From Octopus bimaculoides (lineage: Eukaryota): a DNA stretch of 64,000 nucleotides. Location of the stretch: positions 63,305,985-63,369,984 of the forward strand of contig NC_068983.1 in NCBI RefSeq assembly GCF_001194135.2, read 5' to 3'. Below are positions 12,801 through 24,236 of this stretch, in pieces. Within the stretch, counting starts at the first letter, position 1. Each line of letters starts with the position of its first letter. The notes under the pieces were generated by a model. That model was not told the DNA's origin. It saw only the letters and a program-made list of their open reading frames with translations, and ran no database searches. The translations under genes were made by a program, and so were the position numbers.

Positions 12801-13936
12801 ACAGATTAATTGAACAACTGAATCCTTAATGTTGAACAAGGAAAATCCACTAAAAATATATATATATCAACACACACATACACAACACACACACAAACAC
12901 ACACACAAACACACACACACACACAAATTTACATAAGCACACTCATAAGCATATAAATGACATGTACAAAATGTGCAAAAGATAAGGCTGTAGAAGAAAA
13001 CAAAAAAAAAATGCATAGCAGGTTATGAGAAACACTAATCTATGAAGTTTAATAAATTCAATCTTATATAGTGTGCAAGTGCATGTGTTTGTGCTTATGT
13101 GTGTATTAGAATAAACAAGTGTAATTTATGTGTAAGTGTACATATGCATATATATATGCCATGCATTTATTACTGCTTTAAATGTTTTGTAATGAATAGA
13201 AAAATGAATATAAAACAAAATATAAAAGATATTATGAATATAAAATCATTCCAAAATTAAAACACAAATATATAAAAATGATTATGATGTGTGTAGATGT
13301 GCTTATGAATGTGTATATACATGTTTGCATATCAGTGTGTATTAATTCAAGAAGAATATAAAAATGATCTGCAACTGTAAGAATATTTGGATGTTTCAGA
13401 TAAAGATTGTATTAAAGAGAATTGTTGGTGATCCCTAAATTTAAATTGCAAACACCAGCAACAAAGCTAATATCGTTTTAAGTAGCTTAAACTAGATAGA
13501 AATTTCAGAATGAAAGTATGCTGGCTACATTATGCTCACATAAGGTAGTGAATAGAATTGATGCAAATTAAAAAAGAAAAGAATATGCTAAATTTGATTT
13601 TTTCTAAAATGTTATCAGTTTGAGTAGGCTACATCTGTCTTCAGTTATCTTTCAAATCTAAAATTTTCATTGACAAATATAATAATCATTTCAATATTTG
13701 GAAAAATATTATTTTGGCTTGCATTCTTCCCTCTGGGTAACTTTTGACTATGTCAATTATATCTGTGTGCATGAGAGAGAGAAAGATGGGGATTAGTGTA
13801 TTGTTCCACTTAAATAATATTGGATAATACAACTTTTGATGATATATCTAAGACTTATTTGCAACTAAATTAACAAGTATTGAACTCAAAACTCACACTA
13901 GTCTGCCTATTGCACCAATGTTTTGCTTTATGACAC

Positions 13937-14272
13937 TCCCTAGTCCCACTGCGTGGCACCTTCGGCAAGTGTCTCCTTCATAGCCTTGGCCCAACCAAAG
14001 CCTCGTGAATGGATTTGGTAGACGGAAACTGAAAGAAGCCCATTGTATATATATACATGTATGTATTTGTGTGTCTGTGTTTGTCCCCCCGCCATCGCTT
14101 GACAACCGATGTTGGTATGTTTACATCTCCATAACATAGCAGTTCAGCAAGAGAGACCGATAGAATAAGTACTAGGCTTACAAAGAATAAGTCCTGGGGT
14201 CAATTTATTCAATTAAAGGTGGTACTCCAGCATGGCCAGTCAAATGACTGAAACAAGTAAAAGAATAAAAGA
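13937..14272 (+). mobile_element. tRNA-derived SINE, 5'-truncated
   Basis: AGTCCCACTGCGTGGCACCTT...GACGGAAACTGAAAGAAGCCC (TA/TG)n ...GATAGAATAAGTACTAGGCTTACAAAGAATAAGTCCTGGGGTC...GAAACAAGTAAAAGAATAAAAG. Confidence 0.9.
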
Positions 14273-15189
14273 AAACCCACATTCCGGTGCCTTAGAAGTT
14301 ACATCTATTCATGGGTATATTTGAGGCAATGATTACAAATATGCCATTAGTTTTGCTATATCAGCTCTAGCTTGAAGACACAGACTACCCCTTTATTCAT
14401 ATGCTGAAATGTTAGAGACTGAATTCACCTTACATTTTGGTGCCTTAGAATCTCAACCTATTCTTGGGTATATCTAGAGTGATGTTTCTAACTGGCAACA
14501 GTTTTGTTATGTCAACTCTTATTAATTAATGGTCCGCTACTTTGACACAAAAGCAACAATACTAATACTGTTATGTTTAGTAATTTACTATGTTTAGAAT
14601 AACAGTTATTAAAACAACAATTTGGTAATGCACTGTTATTAAAATAACAATACGTTACCAAACTGATTAATTTCAGGACAAAAGTTTAAAATGGCTTAAA
14701 AGCAGAGAAAAGCTTAAAAAGCATTAAATAAAAATAAAAAAACTGTCTCCTTTGGTTACTTATGCAGTAAATTCCCTAAAGTTAATACATAATAACTTAA
14801 AGCAGAGACTTTTATGGTCTCCAGTTAAGAGAGCTTATAAAAGATCCACATTTCATAAATTCACTGAACATCACTGAGATCTGAGCATGAACTTCAGTTG
14901 TTCTATTTGTCAAAATCTTTCTTGATGCTTTTTAATAAGAATAAACTTAATTGTACCATGAGCATCAATACATTATCTCCACAATCGCTTGATTAAAGTG
15001 AAGAACAAGGAAAATGATTTCATCAGAATATAAAAACAATAGAAGAGAGGTAACAAGAAAATGTCGGATATACACATAATTTTTTTATCAGAACTGCCCT
15101 GGTATATCTTCATCTAGATTCTAGATATTCCCAACCAATTGTTGGCCATACCCCAAATCATTTCTAAAATCCTGATGCCGCCTTATGAT

Positions 15190-15205
15190 ATTTATATATA
15201 TATAT

Positions 15206-15276
<71 letters not shown>
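15190..15276. repeat. (TA)n microsatellite
   Basis: Directly visible. Confidence 0.98.
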
Positions 15277-15280
<4 letters not shown>

Positions 15281-15294
15281 CACATACACACACA

Positions 15295-16225
15295 CTGTAT
15301 ATACTTGAGTGATCGTCAATCTCATGTAAAAGTTGACGTCCTACTTTAGGCCCAAAAATTGGGAACTTTTCATAGACCTCATATATAAGTCAACCCTAGT
15401 ATTTCACAAATAACAGGACAACATTTGTGGGTCAAGGCAATGTATTATCCTGTATGTAGAAATAACACTGTTACAAAATTGTGTGGCTACCTTACTGTAG
15501 CCTGCTCCATAGGGGAAATGCTTAATGCTTACAATGGAATGCTCAGTGCTTATAGTAAAACACCATTTAATAGCAAGCACTACACATTTGTTGATGGGTG
15601 CTACATCACCATTACTAAAATGTATGCCCAGGATATGCTGCAAGCTCACACACATCTTCAAGCACAATAAACACATGTCATACACTCATTGCTTATTTAG
15701 TGAGAACTGTGTTTCACAGACAGCACTATTGGCGAACACTGGCAAACACTACAGTCTAAATTCATACAAAGACATGACTTTAGTAAGTCTAAAACCATTT
15801 TCATTTGACCTTTATATTTTCCTCATCTCCAAGTACAATAAAGACATGCATCATATGCTTGTCTTTTTACCTGGTTAGAAACGTGTTTCACAGACAGCAC
15901 TACTGGCGAACAACAGGAAACACCACTGCACGACATCCTGCAACCTTTTTTTTTAAAAGAGAAATTGTAAATATTTATAAAAGTCATGTGGTCTTGTTTA
16001 TGGGTTTTGTTATTTACTAGGATGTGAGTTTTGATGCATAGAATTGGTAATATTACTGTAATTCATTGTGTTTTTGTTTTTATTTGCTTGCTGTTGATAC
16101 AGTACTTCAGATTCTAGCTTGAATTTCAGCCTCTCAAAAGTAGTATCCATGTAATAGTCGACCCCATACATTTGACCCTAAAAAATGGTCTAAAACATTC
16201 AACTTTTACATGAATATATACAGTA
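15295..16225. mobile_element. Non-autonomous Tc1/mariner-superfamily (Tc2/pogo-like) element
   Basis: Left end CTGTATATACTTGAG...TCATGTAAAAGTTGAC. The right end reverse-complements to TACTGTATATATTCATGTAAAAGTTGA. Internal ~40-bp direct repeat GTGTTTCACAGACAGCACTA at ~15709 and ~15883. No transposase visible. Confidence 0.55.
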
Positions 16226-16383
16226 AATATTATTATGTCTAGGGGAAGTCATTCTGTTTTAATGCCTTGTTAATTAACACAATCACTGGTTCAATTTCCA
16301 CTTATTTATTTTTTCTAAAATGTTCATTGCTTCTTTGTAACCTCTTCAATAATCGATGACATGCTCTCTCTCTCTCACTCTCT

Positions 16384-16433
<50 letters not shown>

Positions 16434-16642
16434 ATTACTGGTAAGAGATTATTAATCTGAGCAAAATACTTCATAAGCTCTCTGTAGGCACACTAGGCTA
16501 ACAGTATTGTTTAGATTAGTGAAGAACTCCAAGTATTATTATAGCAGGGTCTGAGGTTATAGTTCATCACCATCCTATATTGTAAACCCATGGCTGTGTC
16601 CCAATCAAACTGGTTTTTCACAGAGTAATATACAAGACAAGG

Positions 16643-17038
16643 TATAAATAATGGTCATTACATATTTTTCCTTTGTTGCAGTAAATTTGGTTGACAACTC
16701 TTTACACTAGTCATTATAAGTATATTACCGATAGGTTTCTCAATTGGTCTATTGATCAGTTGAGAAAAGTTGAATGGCCTAAAAAGTTAGTGCTGCTTTC
16801 GTCAGAGCTATTTCTGGTTGCAACAAAGCAGAACACTGAAGGAATGTGTTCTGCTTTGTTATGACCAGAAATGGCTCTGACAAAACCAGCATTAATTTCT
16901 TAGGTCATTCAACTTTCTCAACTGATCAATAGGCCAATTGAGAAACCTATCAGTAATGAACCTATAATTACTACTGGAAACAGCTGTAAGCCAAATTTAT
17001 TCCAATAAAGGAAAAATATGTAATGAACATTATTTATA
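16643..17038. repeat. Long imperfect inverted repeat (foldback), ~194-bp arms, 9-nt loop
   Basis: TATAAATAATGGTCATTACATATTTTTCC...AACAAAGCAGAACAC / loop TGAAGGAAT / GTGTTCTGCTTTGTT...GGAAAAATATGTAATGAACATTATTTATA. Confidence 0.9.
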
Positions 17039-17054
17039 AATTGTCTAAAAAAAT

Positions 17055-17997
17055 TCATTGCAGTGAAACATTGGCTGTGACTGCTGAGGACATGCGTAAG
17101 CTTGCTAGAAATGAAGCCAGTATACTCCGCTGGATGTGTAATGTCAGAGTGCATACACGACAGAGTGCATACACGACAGAGTGCATCCACGACAGAGTGT
17201 AAGCACCCTGAGAGAAAAGTTGGACATAAGAAGCAGCAGATGTTGTGTGTAAGAGAGACTGCTGTGCTAGTATGGTCATGTGTTTTGTATGGATGAGAAC
17301 ACCTGTGTGAAAAAGTGTCACATCCTAAAGTGGAGGGAACCTGTGGAAGAGGTAGATCCATGAAGACCTGGGATGAGGTGGTGAAGCATGACATTTGAAC
17401 ATTGGGCTTCACGAAGGTAATGACAAGTGACCAAGACCTTTGGTGATATGCTGTGTTTGAGAAGACCCAGCAAGCCAGGTAAGATCGTAGCCGTGGTTTA
17501 TGCCAGTGTCGCATAACCGGGCCATTGCACAATAAACTGTGCTTGAGAAGACCTGTTGAGTCAAGTGAAATCAATGTCGCGGCCAATGCCAGTACTGCAT
17601 GACTGGCACCCATGCTGGTGGCACGTAAAAAGCACCATTTGAGTGTGGTCAATGCCAGTCTCTTCATACCTGCTCCTGTGCCACTGGCATGTAAAATGCA
17701 ACATTCGAACATGGTCAATGCCAGTGCCACTTGACTAGCTCCCATGCTGGTGGCACATAAAAAGCACCATTCGAGCATGGTCACTGCCAGTGCTGCCTGA
17801 CTGGCTCTTGTGCTGGTGGCATGTAAAAAGCACCTACTACACTCTTGAAGTGGTTGGCATTAGGAAGGGCATCCAGCTGTAGAAACATTGCCAGACCAGA
17901 TTGCAGCCTGGTGCAGCCTTCTGGCTTGCCAGTCCTCAATCAAACCATCCAAACCATGCCAGTATGGAAAGTGGACGCTAAACGATGATGATGATGT
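17055..17997 (+). mobile_element. RTE-clade LINE 3' end with complete 3' UTR and (GAT)n tail
   Basis: Translation ...VEGTCGRGRSMKTWDEVVKHDI...DLW.YAVFEK, then repeated GCCAGTGCC...GGCACGTAAAAAGCACC modules, TGGTTGGCATTAGGAAGGGCATCCAGCTGTAG, ending GACGCTAAACGATGATGATGAT. Confidence 0.9.
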
Positions 17998-18374
17998 CTT
18001 ATACATATATGAAACATAAATGGACACTGTGCTTAGACTTGGGTCCCATCCCTAAGCAGCCCCATTTTGTTGATGCAAATATAAAAATAATTGAAAATGT
18101 GCAACACTTTTGGTTCAAACAAATTTCAGATAAGGAATTATCAGCATTGATATAATCGTCAAATTTACATTAAAATAGCAGCTCATTTATTAATCAAAGG
18201 CAGTATGCTGCATATGCGTCGATCAATGACAGATAAAGGAGTTTCTATGCAGAATGTTGTTTAGTTGACAGTGACTTCAAAGTTTTGCTGGTGGTGGCTT
18301 GTTCAAATCATGAGTTTAAGGCCAAATTTAACATTAGATTCTATACATTTAAAACACTTCTCTTTGACTACATG

Positions 18375-18405
<31 letters not shown>

Positions 18406-18503
18406 CACACACACACACACATATATATATACATATATATATACATAGAACAGGATAGAGAGGTGAGGTGAGAATATAAACACACATATATATTTATATA
18501 TAT

Positions 18504-18665
18504 GGCGCAGGAGCGGCTGTGTGGTAAGTAGCTTGCTTACCAACTACATGGTTCCGGGTTCAGTCCCACTGTGTGGCACCTTGGGCAAGTGTCTTCTACA
18601 ATAGCCTCGGGCCGACCAAAGCCTTCTAAGTGGATTTGATAGACGGAAATTGAAAGAAGCTTGTC

Positions 18666-18699
<34 letters not shown>

Positions 18700-18900
18700 C
18701 TGCATTTGTCCCCCCACCATTGCTTGACAACCGATGGTGGTGTGTTTATGTCCCCATAACTTAGCAGTTCGGCAAAAGAGACCAATAGAATAAGTACTAG
18801 GCTTACAAAGAATAAGTCCTGGGATCGATTTGTTCGACTAAAGGCGGTGCTCCAGCATAGCCACAGTCAAATGACTGAAACAAATCGAAGAATAAAAGAA
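18504..18900 (+). mobile_element. Full-length tRNA-derived SINE with central (TG)n
   Basis: Head GGCGCAGGAGCGGCTGTGTGGTAAG (A-box-like) ... GGTTCAGTCCC (B-box-like), body CACCTTGGGCAAGTGTCTTCTAC, central microsatellite, tail GAAGAATAAAAGAA. Near-identical copies at 22525 and 38605. Confidence 0.92.
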
Positions 18901-18904
18901 TATA

Positions 18905-20025
18905 CAGTAGCAGTCATAATATAAGGGTCAGTAAGAACAAGTGTATTGAAATATTTATTATTAACAACATGTTGAGACAAAATATTTTAATGATGGAGAA
19001 ATATTGATCATTTGTTTTTCAATAATCCCCAGAGTTCTTCCAATAATCTTCCAACCATTTTCTATAGGGTTGAGATCGGGACTTTGAGGTGGCCAGTCCA
19101 TGAGATCAACCCCTTCATCACTCTTTGACTTTCTTCACAGTGTAACAAAGAGTGTTGTCCTGCACAAAAATAGGAAGTTGAACTGACATAGATCGGAGAT
19201 GTGGAAGGGTATGCTGTCTAAGAATCTGTTTGTAGATTTCAGCATTGAAAGTCCCTTGTAGGCGAATAAGTGGACTAAGACCAGCATCAGAGATCACTCC
19301 TCATACCATTACACTGCCTCCTCCATATTTCACTGTCTTCTTCAAATATGCACGAAATAACCTTTCGTCACTTTTTCGCTGGACGTATATCCCACCATCA
19401 GAACTAATCACATTAAACTTTAATTCATCGTTAAAATGAACCTGCAACCACTGTTCTTATGTAAAAATGACATGTTCATAAGCAAAATGAAAACAGACTC
19501 TTTGATTCTTCTTGGAGATTAGAGGTTTCTTTGCCAGTGCCCAAGCAAGCAACCCAGAACCTTGTAACCTCCGAGAAGATGTTTTACGCGATATGTTGAC
19601 ATTGAAAGTGGAACTAAACTCGCGGGATATCTCAGCAGCACTCTCAAACCTATCTTTCAGTGACATTCTAACCATAATACGATCCTGTCTTGGTGAAGTT
19701 TTACAAGGTCTACCAGTTTTGGGTTTAGCATCTGTCGATCCTGATGACTTAAAATGAGCTACAATTCATTGCACAACTTCTAGACCTTCCTACAATAGTT
19801 GCTATCACAGAATTTGACTTGCCTTCTTGGTGAAGGTACACAATCCTTTGTTTTTCATCACAGGACAGCAGTCGTCTCTCACAAGCTGCCATGTTAACAG
19901 TTGAATGTTTCAATAATGTAAGATCATAAGAAGTAACTGTTAGCCCATTAACAGTCTTCTAAATAAGAAATACTTTGGTTAGAAGTTAATTTTTTTCTAA
20001 GTGACCCTTAACTTCTGGCCACTAC
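18905..20025 (-). mobile_element. Tc1-family transposon remnant (DD34E-type transposase pseudogene)
   Basis: Translations SLKDRFESAAEISREF...SRKTSSRRL...AKKPLISKKNQRV, VKYGGGSVMV.G, QDN and a frameshifted WPPQSPDLNPIEN-like segment. Degenerate TIRs share TAAGGGTCA. Confidence 0.88.
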
Positions 20026-20305
20026 AGATTGGAAGATTGTTTATCTCCTCATAGCCTTACAAAACATTTATTCCATTCAGATGAAATTTTTACAAAAGAT
20101 AGATATTAGATATGTCTAAATATGTGTAAAATATCTAGTCTCAATGTGTTGTTAATCTTCTGTAAGAACTATTTCAATACACTTGTTCCTACTGACCCTT
20201 ATATTATGTATGTGTTACTTTGAAGTTGACAAATTCTCCATTACTTCAAGCTTTTCAGAGTGGCAAAGAACTTCTTTCAATGTGCTCTCTTTCTCTCTCT
20301 TACCC

Positions 20306-20352
<47 letters not shown>

Positions 20353-20431
20353 NNNNNNNNNNNNNNNNNNNNNNNNNNNNNNNNNNNNNNNNNNNNNNNN
20401 NNNNNNNNNNNNNNNNNNNNNNNNNNNNNNN
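20353..20431. other. Assembly gap within (GT)n microsatellite
   Basis: N run flanked by (GT)n. Confidence 1.
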
Positions 20432-20432
20432 G

Positions 20433-20475
<43 letters not shown>

Positions 20476-20476
20476 G

Positions 20477-20514
<38 letters not shown>

Positions 20515-20847
20515 TAGTAGAGTTAGAGGTTGGAATAACCATCTAAGGGATAAAAGTATCTGTTAACCCTGGACATACATATGCAAGCATATTATGCTCA
20601 TAGATTAGAGGTAATAACAAAAATAAACATGAATTTATCAGGAATCAAATATGATGAATATAATTTTTTGAATATCAATTGCAATACCATATAACAGCTG
20701 TTAGATGGGATACAGTGTATTTGTACTGAATTAAAGAATAATGATTGATGTAAGTCAATTATTGTTGATAAATGTTTCTCCATTTTCTGTTTACTTTAAA
20801 TTTCATATATATATATATATATATACACATACACAGTTTTGATTTAT

Positions 20848-21010
20848 GTCCACTTTCCATGCTGCAATGAGTTGGGCAATTCAACATGATCCAATTGGCT
20901 CAGTTGACATCCCCCATTCTTCCAATGCCTCTGTTCTGGTTTGAATTCTATGGATCAATGCCATTCTTAATGCCAACCACTTTAAAGAATGAACTGGGTG
21001 CTTGTTTTGT
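20848..21010 (-). mobile_element. RTE-related 3' tail repeat fragment
   Basis: GTCCACTTTCCATGCTG...ATGCCATTCTTAATGCCAACCACTTTAAAG matches the tail module. Confidence 0.6.
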
Positions 21011-22524
21011 GGTACTTCCACCATGTGTGTGTGTGTGTATGTGTGTGTGTGTGCGCATGCGTGCATGAGTATGAGCAAAGCAGTGGCCATGAACCTTTAC
21101 AAGGCCTCTGAGACTAATGGGGTAGGGAGAGAGGAGACTATCCTCAAACTGGAGACCTGCTTGTCTCTCCACTCCAAATGTTTGCAACAGAGACTCCACT
21201 GAAGATACCCAAGACGTTAGGTGTTGGTGTTCAATCAGATTAAGTCTAGTGTTGGTGTGTATGTGTATGTATAATGTATGTATATATACATATGTTTGTA
21301 TATAATTCACAGTTACTTACACAATACATCCTATATATATATATATATATCCATATAATGATAGGAATTGCATGTGTATTTGCCTTTATAAGTCTAAAAT
21401 ACTCATTCTATTGATAATCATCTAATCATGTGAAAAATTCCCCATAAGAGATTATTTGAAAGAATATTACAATCGCACAAATTTCATTCAAGTCACAAGA
21501 GAAATGATAACTCTTTTGTGAGGGTATAACTAAAAATCAATTACATTTGTATTTCTTTGACATTACCAGCATTGCCATTGTTGTTACCATTGTTCTCATT
21601 TTATCATTGATTCTTTCATACTTGCTTATGAAAGACAGCTCTGTCATACAATATAACACCCTCATAAAAATCTTTTGCCATCTTGTTTGTGAGGCTGCCA
21701 TCTTGAGATCTGATCTGACCTTTTCTTTGTTGAATACCTTCATGTTTCCCTGCTGTGAGTTTATTCTTCTGTCAGTATACACCATTTTCTTACCTATTAT
21801 CTGTACATGTAACAAGGATTGTCATCTCCCCTGCATACTTCAAATAATAACTTTCATGTTCAGGAACCTGCTAAGTATACCTGCACACCAGTCTTTGAGA
21901 AAGTTACTTTTACACATTACATTATGTTTCACACAGTTTTCTCCAGTTTCTGTAGATGCTCAACATTCAATGTTCACTTTTCACTTATAAAGGAGAGGTC
22001 CATTTACATTCACCAGAAGGAACTTTTTTCTAAAAGATCTTTTCTTTAGTTTATCATTACAACTATTGACCTAATATGTAATTACAATGACTTTGCCTCA
22101 AAATAACAGATTTGTATTTATTTTGAGAAGAATATTAGCTATAGAAGCCCCTAATCTTCCAAATAATCCTGGAGCTTCAACACTCATCATATCCATCCTG
22201 AGCAAGCCAATGATTATTCAGCAACAATGGCACTCACATCTATGTTTTTATTAGTTTTCATTAATACGTCAAACTTTCTCAACATTTCAGACAATGATCT
22301 GTCATATTATATCAGTATGAGAACACTTTCTTAATTTGGTTTTATCACATCAATTCAAGAATTCTTCTTTGACTGTCAGTACAACATACATTTCAACATT
22401 AACATTGTTGAGTTTTACATCGATCATAAGTAGTATTTCTTGGCCAATTTTGTAAAAACTTGCAGAAACTTCATTTTTACTTTGCTCAATTTCCTCAAAC
22501 TATTCTGTAGATTTACCAACTTTA

Positions 22525-22686
22525 GGCGTAGGAGTGGCTGTGTGGTAAGTAGCTTGCTTACCAACCTGGGTTCAGTCCCACTGCGTGGCACCTTGGGCAA
22601 GTGTCTTCTACTATAGCCTCGGGCCGACCAAAGCCTTGTGAGTGGATTTGGTAGAAAGAAACTGAAAGAAGCCCATCGTATATATG

Positions 22687-22780
<94 letters not shown>

Positions 22781-23001
22781 TATATGTTTGTGTGTCTGTG
22801 TTTGTCCCCCCAACATCGCTTGACAACCGATGCTGGTGTGTTTACGTCCCTGTAACTTAGCAATTCAACAAAAGTGGCTGATAGAATAAATACTAGGCAT
22901 CCAAATAATAAGTCCTGGGGTCGATTTGCTCGACTAAAGGTGGTGCTCCAGCATGGCTGCAGTCAAATGACTGAAACAAGTAAAAGAGTAAAAGAGTAAA
23001 A
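22525..23001 (+). mobile_element. Full-length tRNA-derived SINE with expanded central (TG)n
   Basis: GGCGTAGGAGTGGCTGTGTGGTAAGTAGCTTGC...GGTTCAGTCCCACTGCGTGGCACC...AAAAGAGTAAAAGAGTAAAAG. Confidence 0.92.
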
Positions 23002-24092
23002 GGGTAATTTAAAGCTATTTTTCCCACATTTAATTTTACCAAATGCAGAGAATTTTGCTGGTATATGCGTATATTCACAAAATGAGATTCACACTTGTTT
23101 CCACCAACATATGTGACAGTGATATCATCAATATCACTCTTACTTCCGTTATTTTTTTAAACATATGAAATAAGGTAAGCTAAGGCACTTATTTCATAGT
23201 TCTTAGATAGATAAAAATCAAAACCTACCTCAGCATGGTTTTGAATTCAGAATGTAAAGGGCAAAATTAAATAATGATGATGATAACTATGACAACAATG
23301 ACAACAATAACAACCACCACCAACAACAATAACAACAATGCCATTACTGCTGCCACCACCATGATGATTGGGTCACTTTTCATGTTAAGAACAATCAATT
23401 ACATTGACATACTAAATGACACTTATTGATGAACGGATGAATGATATAGTTAACTCTTCAAATGATTTCCAAGCAGAAGATACAAAGGTATTTAATCTAT
23501 AGCTTCCTCATTTCTGCAAATCTTTATCCCTTCTAATAACAAGAATAGTAATCTTTATCACTGGCATTTTGATACAAAGTTTGGAGCAGGGCACAGTGAA
23601 TTAAAAATAAAAGTAATGCTTTCTGATTTGGCAAAAAACTATGCACTTTGAGTTGAGGTTTGGCATCTGTTTTACTGTTCCTGAAAGGATGTTAAAGTTA
23701 ACACCAGTAAGAACTTAATTCAGAAAATAAAGGATAAAACTAAGTACCTCAAGGTACTTTGTCTGACACTGTCAAATTCATCATCTAGTGCACACCTAAT
23801 TATTATAATAATGATTTAGAATAGTTATATTATGTCACATATTTTTGGTTAGTGCACATATGATTACAGTAACTTCATGGCTTGACTGGTAGTGATGATT
23901 GTCAAAGTCAACTTGTGGGATTCAAAGCGAGAGTGTAAAGGATGTAATTGAGTATTGCAAAGTATTTTGTTTGATGATTTACTGATCCTGCTATCCATCA
24001 CCCTTATAAAAATAATAGTAAAACCGTCAACATTATCAGCAGCAATAGTTACAGAAATTAAGATACACTGAAGAATAATTTTCCAATCTTAC

Positions 24093-24236
24093 CATTCCAA
24101 ATATGAGAGATTCACACAAAGCCGAGGATGGTAATATTTGCTTGATGCAAACTATGATCAAAGGATGTGTTGTTCGCGATAAATTTGATCCTGGGGACAG
24201 CAAAGGCTTGCCACTTGTGTTATCCATACAAAGAAG
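24093..24236 (-). CDS. Candidate internal exon of unidentified host gene (144 bp, phase 0-0)
   Basis: Acceptor AAATGCAG|, donor ATG|GTAAGA. One frame is open (LLCMDNTSGKPLLSPGSNLSRTTHPLIIVCIKQILPSSALCESLIFGM) and the other two have stops. CpGs are retained in AT-rich context. No homology recognised. Confidence 0.35.

Noticed and set aside
18504-18580. tRNA-like sequence at SINE heads (also 22525, 38605)
   Set aside because: A/B-box-like motifs continue into the SINE body and tail; no complete cloverleaf, so not called as tRNA genes.
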